The position numbers and the translations under genes were made by a program. Below the pieces are notes generated by a model. It saw nothing but the letters and a program-made list of their open reading frames with translations, was not told the origin of the DNA and searched no databases. This document shows positions 26,401 through 39,819 of a stretch of DNA of 64,000 nt, in pieces. Numbering within the stretch: position 1 is the stretch's first letter; each line of letters opens with the position of its first letter. Source of the DNA: Octopus sinensis (lineage: Eukaryota); the NCBI RefSeq assembly GCF_006345805.1, contig NC_042997.1:89714001-89778000 (forward strand), read 5' to 3'.

Positions 26401-26928
26401 GCACATGGCTTAGTGGCTAGGGCATTTGGCTCATGAACTATAAGGTTATAAGTTTGATTCCTGGCAGTGCACTGTGTCCTCAACACTTTATTTCACATTG
26501 CTCCAGCCCATTCAGCTGGCAAAAATAAGTAGTACCTGTATTTCAAAGGGCCAGCCTTATCACTTTCTATGTCATACTGAATCTCTCTGAAAACTACACT
26601 AAGGGTACGCATGCTCATCAGTTACAATGACGAGGGTTCCAGTTGATCTGATCAACAAAACAGTCTGCTTGTGAAATTAGCGTGCAAGTGGCTGAGCACT
26701 CCACAGACATGTGTATCTTTAACGTAGTTCTCAGATTCAGTGTGACATCTAATGTGACAAGGCTGGCCCTATGAAATACAGGTACTACTAATTTTTGCCA
26801 GCTGAGTGAACTAGAGTGAACATGAAATAAAGTGTTTTGCCCAAGGACACAACATGCTGCTGGTAATCGAACTCACAACCTTATGACCATAAGCTGAATA
26901 TACTAACCACTAAGCCATGCACCTTCAC
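26401..26928. mobile_element. Foldback element with tRNA-like SINE heads at both ends in inverted orientation
   Basis: ~26401-26613 and ~26708-26925 are diverged reverse complements. Both outer ends carry A/B-box-like heads (TGGCTTAGTGG...GTTyGATT). The spacer is ~95 bp. Confidence 0.7.
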
Positions 26929-27689
26929 ATGTTAACAGTAATAATAGACTGATATCAAGACAGAGATTTCTCTTTCATCACTTCATATCTTATAAGTTAT
27001 GGTCCAGGTTCTTGAAACCCCATTGAGCTTTAAAGAGGTAGGTGTTATTGCTGTTTAGCCCCTAGTCATACCTAACTGTACAGACCTATGATCAAATGTA
27101 TTCCGACTATGATCATCCCAATCTTCTCATGAATATTATGTGTCTTTACCTTATATAATGCACTTTTCCCTTTTCAAGACAATAAGGTGTAAGTCAAGGG
27201 AGATTTGGCTGCTTTTTCTAGCAGATCAAATGATCACATTAACAGCTCCTTGTTTACATGTTAGGTTTTTGGATGTATTCTTTTATCACAAGTGCAAGTT
27301 TCTTAATTCATCTGTTCATTGATTTTATATTACACTTTAAATAATTAAGCTTTCCATAGCCTCTAATTTCCTTTATTTTCTTTTCACTTTGTTTCCTCCA
27401 GTTTTTTGCTCCTTCCTTCGAAGCAAATGACTGTGTGTGTGCGTGTGAAAAAAAGAAGAAAAAAAAGAACCCTTCCTATTTCCCTGGTTTTCTTTTTCCG
27501 ACCTTACTATTCTTGCCTTGTTTTATTTCCTCTCTCTGTTGTTCAATTTACCTCCACACTTCATTATAAACATATTATTTTCACTTCAATATTCCATTTC
27601 TTTTGCTATTCCTTTTTCTCATGTGTATATTCACTTATTGTTATTATTATTATTATTGCCAATATTGTTGTTATTCAGTGTATGTATAT

Positions 27690-28550
27690 ATATAAAATAT
27701 ATATGCGCACATACATATATATATATATATATGTATATATGATATATATACATATATAATATATATATATATGTATATATGATATATATACATATATAAT
27801 ATATATATATATGTATATATGATATATGTACATATATAATATATATATAATATATATATGATATATATATATATACACACATATATATATAATATATATA
27901 TATATATATAATATATATATATATATGATTATATATATATGATATATATATATATGATATATATATATATGATATATATATATGATATATATATATATGA
28001 TATATATATATATGATATATATATATATATGATATATATACATATATAATATATATATATTTATATATATATATATATACACACATATATATACATACAT
28101 TATATATATATACACACACACACACACATATATATACACACACACACACACAAATATATATACATATATATACACATACATATATATACATATATACACA
28201 CATATATATACATATATACACATATATATACACGTATATATACATACACATATATATATATACACACACATACACACATACACATATATATATATACACA
28301 CACACATATATATACACACATACACACACAAATATATATACATATATATACACATACATATATATATATATATATACACACACACATACACACACACATA
28401 TATATATACACACACACAAATATATATACATATATATACACATACATATATATATATATATATACACACACATACACACACACATATATATATATACACA
28501 CACACAAATATATATACACATACATATATATATCTATACACACATATATA
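27690..28550. repeat. Compound (TA)n/(CA)n microsatellite with higher-order subunits
   Basis: Directly visible. The overlapping IY/VC ORFs are artefacts. Confidence 0.95.
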
Positions 28551-28552
28551 TA

Positions 28553-28714
28553 GTGGCTGTGTGGTAAGTAGCTTGCTTACGAACCGCATGGTTCCAAGTT
28601 CAGTCCCACTGTGTGGCACCTTGAGCAAGTGTCTTCTACTATAGCCTTGGGCCGACCAAAGCCTTGTGAGTGGATTTGGTAGACGGAAACTGAAAGAAGC
28701 CTGTCGTATATATA

Positions 28715-28752
<38 letters not shown>

Positions 28753-28970
28753 ATATATATATAATATATGTATGTGTGTGTTTGTCAGCCCAACATCACT
28801 TGACAACCGATGCTGGTGTGTTTATGTCCCTGTATATTAGCGGTTCGGCAAAAGAGACTGATAGAATAAGTACTAGGCTTACAAAGAATAAGTCCTGGGG
28901 TCGATTTGCTTGACTAAAGACGGTGCTCCTGCATGGCCACTGTCAAATGACTGAAACAAGTAAAAGAGTA
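28553..28970 (+). mobile_element. tRNA-headed SINE family B, near full length, with an internal (TA)/(TG) tract
   Basis: Head GTGGCTGTGTGGTAAG...GTTCAGTCCCACTG, body CCTTGAGCAAGTGTCTTCTACTATAGCC, tail CATGGCCAC.GTCAAATGACTGAAACAAG. Other copies at ~37310, 38880-39260 (-), 40815, 52130-52470 (-), 54000-54420 (-) and 56715-57115 (-). Confidence 0.85.
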
Positions 28971-29494
28971 TACATATGTATGTATATATATAAATAGTAA
29001 TGCAATACGAGAGTATTGCTTTCCAGTAAAGGATAGCCTGTGAGGGTAAAATTATACATATAAAAGTAAATAAATGGCACAACGAAGCATATATATGTGT
29101 GTATATATATGTGTGTGTATGTATATGTATATATATACATACATACATATATATACACACACACACACACACTTATATACATACACAGACGCACACACAC
29201 ACATATATATATATATTCCTCCTGTTAAGCTTGTCTGCCATTGTTCCATCTCTGCTTCTTGCCAGATCAATATTTTTACTAAAGGAAATTCCTCAGCTGA
29301 AGCTGCTGTAATACTGCTCAGCCTATAATCACTGATAGTTTTCACTGTTAATTCTTGGTTAAACTAGGTCAGTATTTTTTAACTAACTTACAGTTGACAT
29401 TACAAGATAGTCTTCTTCAGAGATATATCACTGTGATGTAGTTGATTGGAAGTGGTATTGCAGAGGTTACAAGGGCAGTATTATTACAAGGGTT

Positions 29495-29538
<44 letters not shown>

Positions 29539-29545
29539 TATTATC

Positions 29546-30104
29546 ATTGAGTGAGAGGGCAGTGCATGTCATCAAAGTGAAACTGGGGTAAAATATACGA
29601 AGCCCAATATACCCATCATGACTACCCGTCTGATAAAGGTACACTAGGCACATGCATCACAACCATATGTGTGCAACATGGTGATCTCATATCAAGATAA
29701 ACAGCACATGACCTTGCAGGTGGGGCCCAGTTAGAATTTTCTTCTTGTCGAGTAACCCATCCTGCTCAAAAGGCCCCTGAATAAGGGTTGTTTAAGGATG
29801 TTGAACGAAACACTCATGTTTCCAGAGGTGAATTATTCAAACCCCAAAGAATCTCTCTCAACACATGGCTATGATGCTCCCCCACTACTTCTGTTCGTGA
29901 TCAGAGATGCACATATCGTCAGCCACTAAGGGACATGCTCAACTGGTTAAGGTCAAACAACTGACAAGCAAATCTGTGGTATTGAGCAGAATATTTGCTG
30001 TAGCCCATCTTTTATACCAAGACAAAACAATGTACATGATAACACTTCCAATCAGTTAAGATCAGAAGCCATGAGAGCCACTGCCTGGTACTGCATCAGG
30101 GCAT
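29546..30104 (-). mobile_element. Dispersed repeat family D, flanked by (TTA)n on both sides
   Basis: Reverse complement of 46591-46950. A partial copy lies at ~3965-4130. Confidence 0.8.
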
Positions 30105-30266
30105 TTTATTATTATTATTATTATTATTTCTTCTTCTTCTTCTTCTTCTTCTTCTTCTTCTTCTTCTTCTTCTTCTTCTCCTCCTCCTCCTCCTCCTCCT
30201 CCTCCTCCTCCTCCTCCTCCTCCTTCTTCTTCTTCTTCTTCTTCTTCTTCTTCTTCTTCTTCTTCA
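30105..30266. repeat. Compound trinucleotide tract (TTA)n-(TTC)n-(TCC)n-(TTC)n
   Basis: Directly visible. It explains the poly-Y/F/S ORF. Confidence 0.97.
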
Positions 30267-30389
30267 GGGTTGATAAAATAAGTGCCAGCTTAGGACAGGG
30301 ATTGATTTAACGAACTTGAACCCTCCCCCAAAACTGCTGGCCTTGTGCCAAAATTTGAAATCATTGTTATTATTATTATTTTGTTATTA

Positions 30390-30855
30390 TGATGGGGATC
30401 TGGCAGAACTGTTAGAATGTTGGAAAACAAATGCTTTGCAGTATTTCTTCTGACACATTACATACTGAGTTCAAATTCTGCTGAGGTCAACTTTGCCTTT
30501 CATAATTTTGGGGTTGATGAAATAAATACCAGTTGTGTACTGGAGTCAATGTAATTGACTACTCCTTCCCACCAAATTTCAAGCTTTGTGCCTATAATAG
30601 AAAAGATTATTATTATTATTATTATTATTTAAGGTGGCCAGGTGGCGGAATTATTAGCACACTGGGCAAAATGTTTAGTAGCATTTTGTCCGTTGTTATG
30701 TTCTGAGTTCAAATTCTGCTGAGGTCATCTTTGCCTTTCATCTTTATGGGGTCAATAAAATAAGTACCATTTGAACACTGGTGTTGATGTGATCAACTTA
30801 TCACTCCAACCCCCACCGAAATTCCTGGCCTTGTGTCAAAATTTGAAATCATTAT
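30390..30855 (+). mobile_element. Two head-to-tail copies of SINE family A
   Basis: Each copy has a TGGC.GAA A-box-like and a GAGTTCAAATTC B-box-like motif. They are joined by (TTA)n at ~30605-30630. Confidence 0.8.
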
Positions 30856-31358
30856 TATTATAATCATGTGTGTCAGCCCTTGTGGCCAATAAAAAGAATT
30901 AATTATTATTGTTATTGGTGGTGGTAGTAATAGTAATATTAGTAATTGGTACTGGAATAGTAGTTGTTGCTGATTAATTCTATTTGTTGTGAACACTTTG
31001 AAATAGATTTACAAATAAACATTGTATGTTTATTGAGTTCGGTCAAACAGTGAGAACTATATTAGCATGAATGTTAACAGAAGCGAGAGGAAAAGGGGAG
31101 GAGAAAGATGATGATGATCAGGTGTATTGAGTGCAAATTGCTGTCTACTCTGCAGGCATCACTGTTCACTCTACATTATCACTGGCGTAGAAATATCTGT
31201 AAACATCTGTAAATATGAGAACAAAGAGATGATGCATGCCATTTGGCTACATCACTACCTTGGTGTGTGTGAGGTGATGCCGGTGTTTGGTTATGTGGTT
31301 ATATTGTTGGAGATTGATTGGCGATCAGCAGCAGGAACCAGCTTGTGAAATTACCATG

Positions 31359-31392
<34 letters not shown>

Positions 31393-32677
31393 AAACTATT
31401 TACACACACACACACTACACACACACACACACACTACACACACACACTACACACATGCAGAGGAAGAGGGAGATAAAAAGTCTTGGAAAGCAGTATCATG
31501 TGACAATGGTTGAAAGATGAAAAGCTATTGGAAGAATACAATATTATTACTAATGTGGAAAATAAGCCTGTTTCTAAATACATGGGATTATATATATGAG
31601 ATAGGCAAAATTGGATTGTTCTTTTCAGTTTTTAAAGGAAAAAACTTATATATATTCCATAATTTCATTCCATAACATTGGTTAGCTATATTAATTAATA
31701 ACTCCAGATTTGTACCTATTTTCAGGATTTTATTTTGGATATTAGTTAAGTTTCTTAATTTAAACCTGAAAGTTTTTTCCCATAGTTTTCATTTATTATT
31801 CCATGTTAAGTTGCATAAATTGCCGATACATGAAGGCATGCATGCTCTAGGGAGTCTTACCTTTTTCAGTTGCATAAATTGCCGATACATGAAGGCATGC
31901 ATGCTCTAGGGAGTCTTACCTTTTTCAGTTTCTCCCATTGTCAGTTATTTGAGAACTGAGATTAGTGTAGGCTTCATTTAACACAGCCTAATGCATATGA
32001 ACTAGTTACTATCAGAACATTATGATACTGTACCTGCAAAGTCCTTTGCATTTTTCTTTAACCATTAAAACATGGTACTTACATGTTATCTATGTAAAAT
32101 TTTCATTTTAAACAAGTTCTCATTGTTGAATATATTTTCCATATGTGACCTGATTTACTTAACATTTATTTTGCGACTTTCAAGAGATTTTATAGAAAGC
32201 TGCATCTTGAGATGCTTATATTTCATCCCATGGGTCTCTAAGTTTGTATATGGCTGTTCATTTAGTGTTTTTTTTTCTTCTTTTGGTAGTATTTTACTGT
32301 TGAATTTGTATTTAAAATATTAGTATACAAATCTCTTAGGTCTACAACAAATGCTAACAAATAACTGAGAATTTATTTAAACCACTACTGCAGCTACTTT
32401 CTAATGTGTTTTTCAAATAAACAGCTTGTTTGAATACCAGTGAATTCATTGTTTAGTAAACTCATCACATGTAGAATGAGAATGGCTCAGTAAATACTCC
32501 TACTAAGATAGGTTGTTGGCTTTGAGGAATCCCTTTGTTGTGAAAGAAAACTTATTACTGAAGCCTTCTGAGTAGATTTGGTTGATGGAAACTCAAAGAA
32601 GCCTGTTTTGTTTGTGTGTGTACATAATATATATAGATGATATATATATATATATATAATATATATATATATTATGG

Positions 32678-32731
<54 letters not shown>

Positions 32732-32732
32732 T

Positions 32733-32832
32733 NNNNNNNNNNNNNNNNNNNNNNNNNNNNNNNNNNNNNNNNNNNNNNNNNNNNNNNNNNNNNNNNNNNN
32801 NNNNNNNNNNNNNNNNNNNNNNNNNNNNNNNN
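32733..32832. other. Assembly gap (100 N) inside a (TA)n tract
   Basis: Directly visible. Confidence 1.
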
Positions 32833-32843
32833 ATATATGTATA

Positions 32844-32881
<38 letters not shown>

Positions 32882-32894
32882 TAAAGGGTAAAGA

Positions 32895-33209
32895 TCCCCC
32901 CTTCAGTCATGAATGATCATGGGATTGCTCCTAGAAAGTTCCCCTCCAAGGCACAAGTCTGGGTAAGGTTGTTTATGGAAGACCAGCAGTTGCCCATGCA
33001 TACCAGTCTCCCCTCTCCATGCCCAGATATTATCCAAGGAAAAGGCAAAGGCCAATACAACTTGGCACTAGTGATGTAGAAATGAGTGAACTGGAGCAAC
33101 GTGAAATAAGTGTCTTGCTCAAGAACACCACATAACCCGGTCTGGGAATCAAACTCACCGCCTCATGATTGTGAGCCCGATACTTTAACCACTAAGCCAT
33201 GTGCCTTCA
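32895..33209 (-). mobile_element. tRNA-headed SINE family E
   Basis: Homologous to 43359-43695. The minus-strand head is ATGGCTTAGTGGTTAAAG...GAGTTTGATTCC, followed by TTGCTCCAGTTCACTCA. Confidence 0.8.
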
Positions 33210-33229
33210 TAGATATATATGTATATGTA

Positions 33230-34180
33230 TCAGGTCATCCCATAAGTTCTGTCCAAATTTTGAATAAAGAAAACAAGTGATCAAATGTTATATTTAATTG
33301 AAATTTAATCATCAATGTACTTTCCCTGATTATCTATGATTTTCTTCCATCCATTTACAAGCTTTTCAATCCCATCAATGTAAAACTCTTGGTTTCAAAG
33401 TGAACAACTCTGAAATGTCAGCCTCCTCCTGGCTTGCGAAAGTTATGTCCCCCAAATGATTCTGTAAACTACAAAACAAATGGTAGTCTGAAGGAGCAAG
33501 GTCAGGAGAATAAGGTGGATGAGGAATTTTTTCCCAACCAAGCTCTCCAATCTTCTGTGATATGATCTTTGTAGTGTGGGGTCGTGCATTGTCCTGATGA
33601 AACATCACTCCTTTTCAATTCACTAAAGTGGGTCTTTTTTTTCTTCAAAGCTTGGTTCAAACACTCTAATTGCTGACTGTAGACTTGAGCATTGATTGTT
33701 GCTTTAGGTGGTAACAATTCAAGGTGAATTACTTCTTTGCAATCCCACCTGATAGAGAGAACCTTTTTCTGATGAAGTTCCCTTCTCGGTTGTGGTTGAG
33801 CTTTTTCCCTTTTACCAAGCCACTGTTTATGACATTTAACATTTTGATAGAAGACCCATTTTGCATCACCAGTCACAAGTCTATCCAAAAAGGGTGAAAT
33901 GTGTTCACAAGAATGGAGAGAAGAGCAGATGTCGACTCGGGATTTGTGGTTGCTTTCAGATAATTCATGAGGCACCCGTTTTCCAAATACAGGAGCCTTT
34001 CCAAGTTGTTGAAGATGACGATAAACAGTTGTATGGTTTGAACTAAACTTTATTGCCAATTCTTCAACTGATAATGCAGGATTTTCTTCAAGTAATACCT
34101 TGAGGAGCTTATCATCAAACTCAAATGGACATCCTATTCAATCTTCATCTTGTATGTTATTCATGTCATAAAAATTTCAT
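33230..34180 (-). mobile_element. 5'-truncated mariner (DD34D) transposon with a frameshifted transposase
   Basis: Motifs RVPHEL, VTGD, HQDNARPH and HPPYSPDLAPSDYHLF, with 34 residues counted between the last two Asp. TA plus terminal TCAGGTCATCCCATAAGTTCTGTCC at 33228-33254. No matching second TIR was found. Confidence 0.92.
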
Positions 34181-34398
34181 AAACTTTTATGAGAATGTGA
34201 AATAAAGATTATTTCACATCCTCTTGAAGTTTCTAAATTCTTATGATGTCAACGATTACACACACACACACACACACACACAAGCATACACACACATATG
34301 CATACACACATATACATACATACATATATATATGTGTGTGTACATGTATATATGTGTGTATTTGTGTATGCATGTGTTTATGTGTATATGTGTATCTA

Positions 34399-34467
<69 letters not shown>

Positions 34468-35675
34468 CATACATACATACACACACACACACAAACGTAC
34501 ATATTTTTTTAAAGCTATTTTCTCTATTGTAAATGGTTTAAAGGAAACATTTTTTTCCTTTTTATCTTATGTTCCTACCTCATTAGTTTGTCCTTCTTCT
34601 TTCTTCTTGCTTTGTAAGCTTTAAGCCATTTACTGATGATTGGTTAGTCTAGGTTTATATTTTTTGTTTTAAATCTACCCTTTAATAAATAATAATACTG
34701 GTTCATTATATAATCGTCTTCATTGGTAATAAGCTGCTTGCTTAGAACTTCCTACTTTATAATTTAGCAGTTAGTTTGGAAGAATTAACATAAGTCTGTA
34801 GTAGAAATATTTCTGTTTGAAAGTGGAAATTACTGAGTCAAATTTTTTTCGTGTCAATTTGTTGCCTGTACATGATATGAAAGTAAGCAGTTTGATATAG
34901 GTATTATTTGTTGACAGAATAAATATAAAATATTTTATAATATAAAAATATGACACTAGTCAAAACTTTCATTACATTATATGTTATAGATTCATAAGTT
35001 TATAAGTCATCCTGCTGAAATTTAGATGAAAATGGAATTCCAGTAATCTTAGAAGTTCGTTTTTCTGAAAATGCCTTTATGTCAATATCTTAAATTGCTT
35101 GATTTAATAATCCTGCTTCATTAAAAAGTTTCCTTCTCTAACCTGTCTACCTCCCTGCCTACCTATCTGTCTATCTACCTGCCTACCTACCCATCCATCC
35201 ATCCATCCATCCTTCCCTCCCTCCCTCATCATCATCCGTCCATTTTCCATGCTGGTGTGGGTTTGACAGTTTACCCAGAACTGGAGCTGGTAAGGCCAGG
35301 GGTTGCATCAGGCTCCATTGTCTTTCTGACATGGTTTCTATAACTGGATATGCTTCCTAATGCCAACCGCTCCACAGAGTGTACTGGGTGCTTTTTATAT
35401 GGCACCAGCACTAATCAATTCTGCTGCCACATAATAAAAAAAATTATATAATAGATATCTTTAACTTGTTTCTGTCATTGGGCTGCAACCATGCTGGGAC
35501 ACCACCTTGAAGGGTTTAGTCAAACAAGCCAACCCTGATATCTATTTTCAAGTCTTGCACTTGTTCTTTTATTTTCTTTTGCTGAAATCCTGAGTTATAG
35601 GGATGTAAAGAAATCAACAGTGATTGTCCAACAGTGTGTACGTAGAACAAAGACATGCATGTATGCAAATACACA

Positions 35676-35723
<48 letters not shown>

Positions 35724-35842
35724 TTCCATGCAATTTTCATTTACCAAATTCACTCTCAAGGTATTGGTTGATCAGGGATAGCCTTGGGGCTGACCAAAAC
35801 CTTGTGAGTGGATTTGGTAGGCGGAAACTGAAAGGAGCCCGT

Positions 35843-35893
<51 letters not shown>

Positions 35894-35896
35894 GTG

Positions 35897-35947
<51 letters not shown>

Positions 35948-38900
35948 TGCGCGCGCGCGTATATATATATATATATATATGTAAATTAGCAGTTCAGCAA
36001 AAGAGACTGATAGAATAAGTATCTGGCTTATAAGAAAAAAAATAAGTACTGGGGTCAATTCAGTAGACTAAAAGTTCTTCAAGGCGGTGCTCTAGCATGG
36101 CCACAGTCTCATGACTAAAACAAGTCAAAGGTATCTACAACTTCTGTAACTTCCTTGCCTTCGGAGACATCAAAATCATTTCACTCAGGATATTAAGCCT
36201 TTTGTTTACTATATTTTTATTGAAATACATTGTCTTTATTTCAATTATTTTTCAAAACAATGAAGAATTTAGTATAATACCTTTGTCATTATTAAACTGG
36301 TGTTATGAATATAAATTAACATGAAAATTTGATGGAAGATTTTTAACTTAGATTACTTTTAATCAGGAAGTTTGCATAATTCAACCAGGGGTGGTATCAG
36401 AAGAGTTAAACCATATTAACTTCACCCTGTTACCCTGATGTAACCAATCTTGGAATGCATGTAAAAAAGACATTTTGTACCACCCCTTCACCTCACGTTA
36501 ATAAATAGAAAACAAAAATAGACTATGTTTGTGATGAAGTGTAACTTTGTTTTAAGTCCTGATGGGTTCTAAGGTATTCAAGATTTTAAGCAAATAAAAG
36601 ATGAATCTGTCCCTGGAGAATTGGCCATAGTTAAAGCTATGGGGCTTCAAATCTTGAAGGAGTCTTAAGAGTATTGTTGTGACATGTGCACTAGCTTAGC
36701 TGGTGGGGAGGTAGGGCAATGAGGGTGGTCTGCCCCAAGCAATGCTTTTATGGGGGAAGAGTACCTTGTAGCCTGCTGTATACGTCTGTACAAGGAGGTG
36801 AGGCATGAACTCAAGGGTTGCCCTGAGGAGCCCACACTCTAGCCATGTCACTGGTCATATATTTTTTTTGGCATTTTTAGATCTGGTGGTGTCTTACTGC
36901 CTCCAAATTGATTCCAGTACATGACTGGTACATTATTTATTGATGCCAAAAAGGATGAAAGTCAAGGTTGACCTTAGTGTTATATGAACTCACTGTCCAG
37001 AGAGTTAGAACAAATACTACAAAGTAAACAGTCTGATGCCAAACTACTTGACCAGATTGTCACCTGCAAGAATTACTGATCAGGAATTCTATTGTGGAGA
37101 TAAGATATTGGCTCTTTGTAATCGTTCCAAAATAATTGGCTGATAAAATGAATGTGTGTTTGATAAAGTGTTCCTGCCAGAAACACAAGTGAAACAAATA
37201 ACAAATGCAGTGGATTTGAATTAATGACCTTAGTTTTCAGAGTACAGTACCTTAATTGCTTGGTGGATTTCACTGAGTAGATACTGCTTTACTTTAGTTT
37301 TTTGTTTTGGGCATGGCTGTGTGGTTAGGGAGCGTGCTTCCTAGCTACATGGTTTCGGGTTCAGTCCCACTGCGTGGCACTTTGGGTAGGTGTCTTCCAC
37401 TATAGCCCCGAGCCGACCGAAGCTTTGTGATTGAATTCGGCAGGCGGAAGTTACTGCCGTATGTGTACATGAGCGTGTAAGTTCTTGACATTAAGGACAT
37501 TGCAAAAAACCTGGTTGGTGGCCCAATCTTCTTAGTTCTTTGACAGGGCTTAGAAAAACTGAAGGACAACAGAAATAAGTGTGAATTTGGGAGAGTAATT
37601 TGTTGAAAAAAATCATAATTAACTGCTCCTCCTGTATTTTCTTTTACCGCAAGCTAGGAACTATTCAGCACCACCCTCACACACACGCACACATTCATGT
37701 TTGTCCATCTGCTATTGTGTTTCATGCTTAATATAAACACATCACAGAAAGTTTTTAGTAAGTGCAACACATAAAATTCTTGGCCCTTGAGTTATGTAGC
37801 TTTACAGCTAATGTGTGTGTGTGCGTGTGTTGACACATGAATGAATCATTGCCTATAACATTGTATATATTAAAAGTAATCTAATCTGTATAATATGTGG
37901 GGAAGATAAATATAATTTTCTTATTTTTTTCCCTGTTATTTTGGCATTTTTATTTGCATCCACTTACTCTCTTAAGCAAGTTTCATCAAGTTCATTTTTC
38001 AACAATAGCTCCATTATTGATGGCTCAAGTACTCTAGTGTAAGCATAAATGCACACAAGCACGCACAAACACAACATACACACACACACACAATGGAGGG
38101 AATATCTAAAATGCAGTTTGGGATACACTATGCTTGAATAAAAGACTATTGAAGCCATGACTAACAGTTGTTGAACTCTGAGAATTTGTCACAGAAAAAA
38201 CATGTTGGTCAACTGTAAGTGATCAAGAGCTGGAAATAAAGATTTTAGCTAATGCAGAAGATGAGTAAGGTTGGAGTTCCGTAGCATAAAACTTGCACAC
38301 ACATATATGAATGTAGGCACTTCTGTATAGTCACTCAACCCTCTAGAAATAGTAAGCACACATTCACATCACAGCCTACCATCTTAAATATTGAAAAGAC
38401 ACATTGAAAATCATCATCACCTATATCATCACCATTTAACAGTTGTTTTCCATGTTGGCATGGGTTGGATGGTTTGACAGGAGCTGGTGAGCCAGAGGAT
38501 TACACCAAGCTCTATTGTCTACTTTGGCATGGTTCTATGGCCTGGTTGCTCTTCATAATGCCATGCACTTTACTGAGTGTACAAGGTGCGTTTGATATGG
38601 CAGCAGCACCAGTAAGGTCATCAAGTAATTTGCAAGACATAACCCCTCAACTGAGGTGGGATAGTATTGAGGGAGATGACTTTGTGCCAGGTGATGAGAG
38701 GTTATAGTATGATGGAGGGACAGAAACAGGTGTTGTGTTGTAGAGAAGGTAAACTCACCTAATTATATGGGAAGGTCACAGCTGGAGAGTTTTTGATAAT
38801 TTAGTATGGAAAGATAAAACTGGAGTACTTTATGTAGCTTATATAGTTTGTGTTAACTTCTGGAAGAACTACACTTTTATTGTTTACTTGTTTCAGTCAT

Positions 38901-39610
38901 TGGAATGCAGCCATACTAGGGTACCACCTTGAAGTTGAACAAGCTAACCCTAGTACTTACTTTTCATTTTGGTACTTGTTCTGTTGGTCTCTTTTTACCA
39001 AACTTTTGAGCTATTGAGATGTAAATAAACCAGCACCAGTTGTCAAGTGGTGGTGGGGCACAAACACTAAAACACACACACAAACATACATACACACACA
39101 CAGGACAGGTTCTTTCAGTTGCCACCTACCAAATCCACTCATGTGGCCTTGGTTGGCCCAGAGCTATAGCAGAAGACACTTGCTTGAGGTGTCACACAGT
39201 GGGACTGAACCTGAAACTGTGTGGCTGGGAAGCAAGCTTCTTATTACACAACCATGCTTGTGTCTGCAGCGATTCATGCTAAAATTCATTTGCAGAATTC
39301 ATGTGATGCATGTGATTATAGGGAAAAATAAATGTTGTGTATAATTTGGATGGAAAAAAAAACAGTAGTTAAAAACATAAAATTCAACAAATAAAAAGAC
39401 CCAGTAGAGGATTAAACAGCAATTGTTGTGAAGTTGAGGTAGACTTGGGAATATTACAACCCAAACTATTATGCAATTATCCATTTTCATTTTGAGAAAG
39501 CATATTCCATAAAGAGTATTTCAATTTCAATGCTTCCATTCATATGAATGACCAACTGACAGTTGATGTACTTTCCCAGGTTACTGAAGTAAAAAGCAGA
39601 ATTTTACTAT

Positions 39611-39819
39611 TTAAACCAGCCATATCCAGCCAAAATATTCTACCTGTTTTGTGTTGAAACTGACCAGATCTGATTTCTCACACCTGCTCTGCAATGTCAC
39701 TCTAAAAATAACCATATCGTTGATCTCTCAAAGCTTTAAGATAATGTATGATTAATTCAAAACAATGTGAATAAATAAGCTGTACATATGACAGAATAAT
39801 CTGAATGCTAAAGGGTTAA
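39611..39819. mobile_element. piggyBac-type MITE
   Basis: The right end ATGCTAAAGGG-TTAA complements the left-end form TTAATCCTTTAGCAT seen at ~45658. Confidence 0.65.

Noticed and set aside
28553-28625. tRNA-like sequences at SINE heads
   Set aside because: A/B-box-like motifs only. There is no complete cloverleaf, and the heads continue into repeat bodies.
31150-32035. Minus-strand exon pair giving MGETEKDVYRYFYASDNVE*
   Set aside because: There is an in-frame stop just upstream of the ATG and the other frames are closed, so the product would be only 19 aa.
34170-34215. Possible second mariner TIR
   Set aside because: Only weak similarity to the TIR at 33230. The transposase N-terminus is also missing, consistent with truncation.
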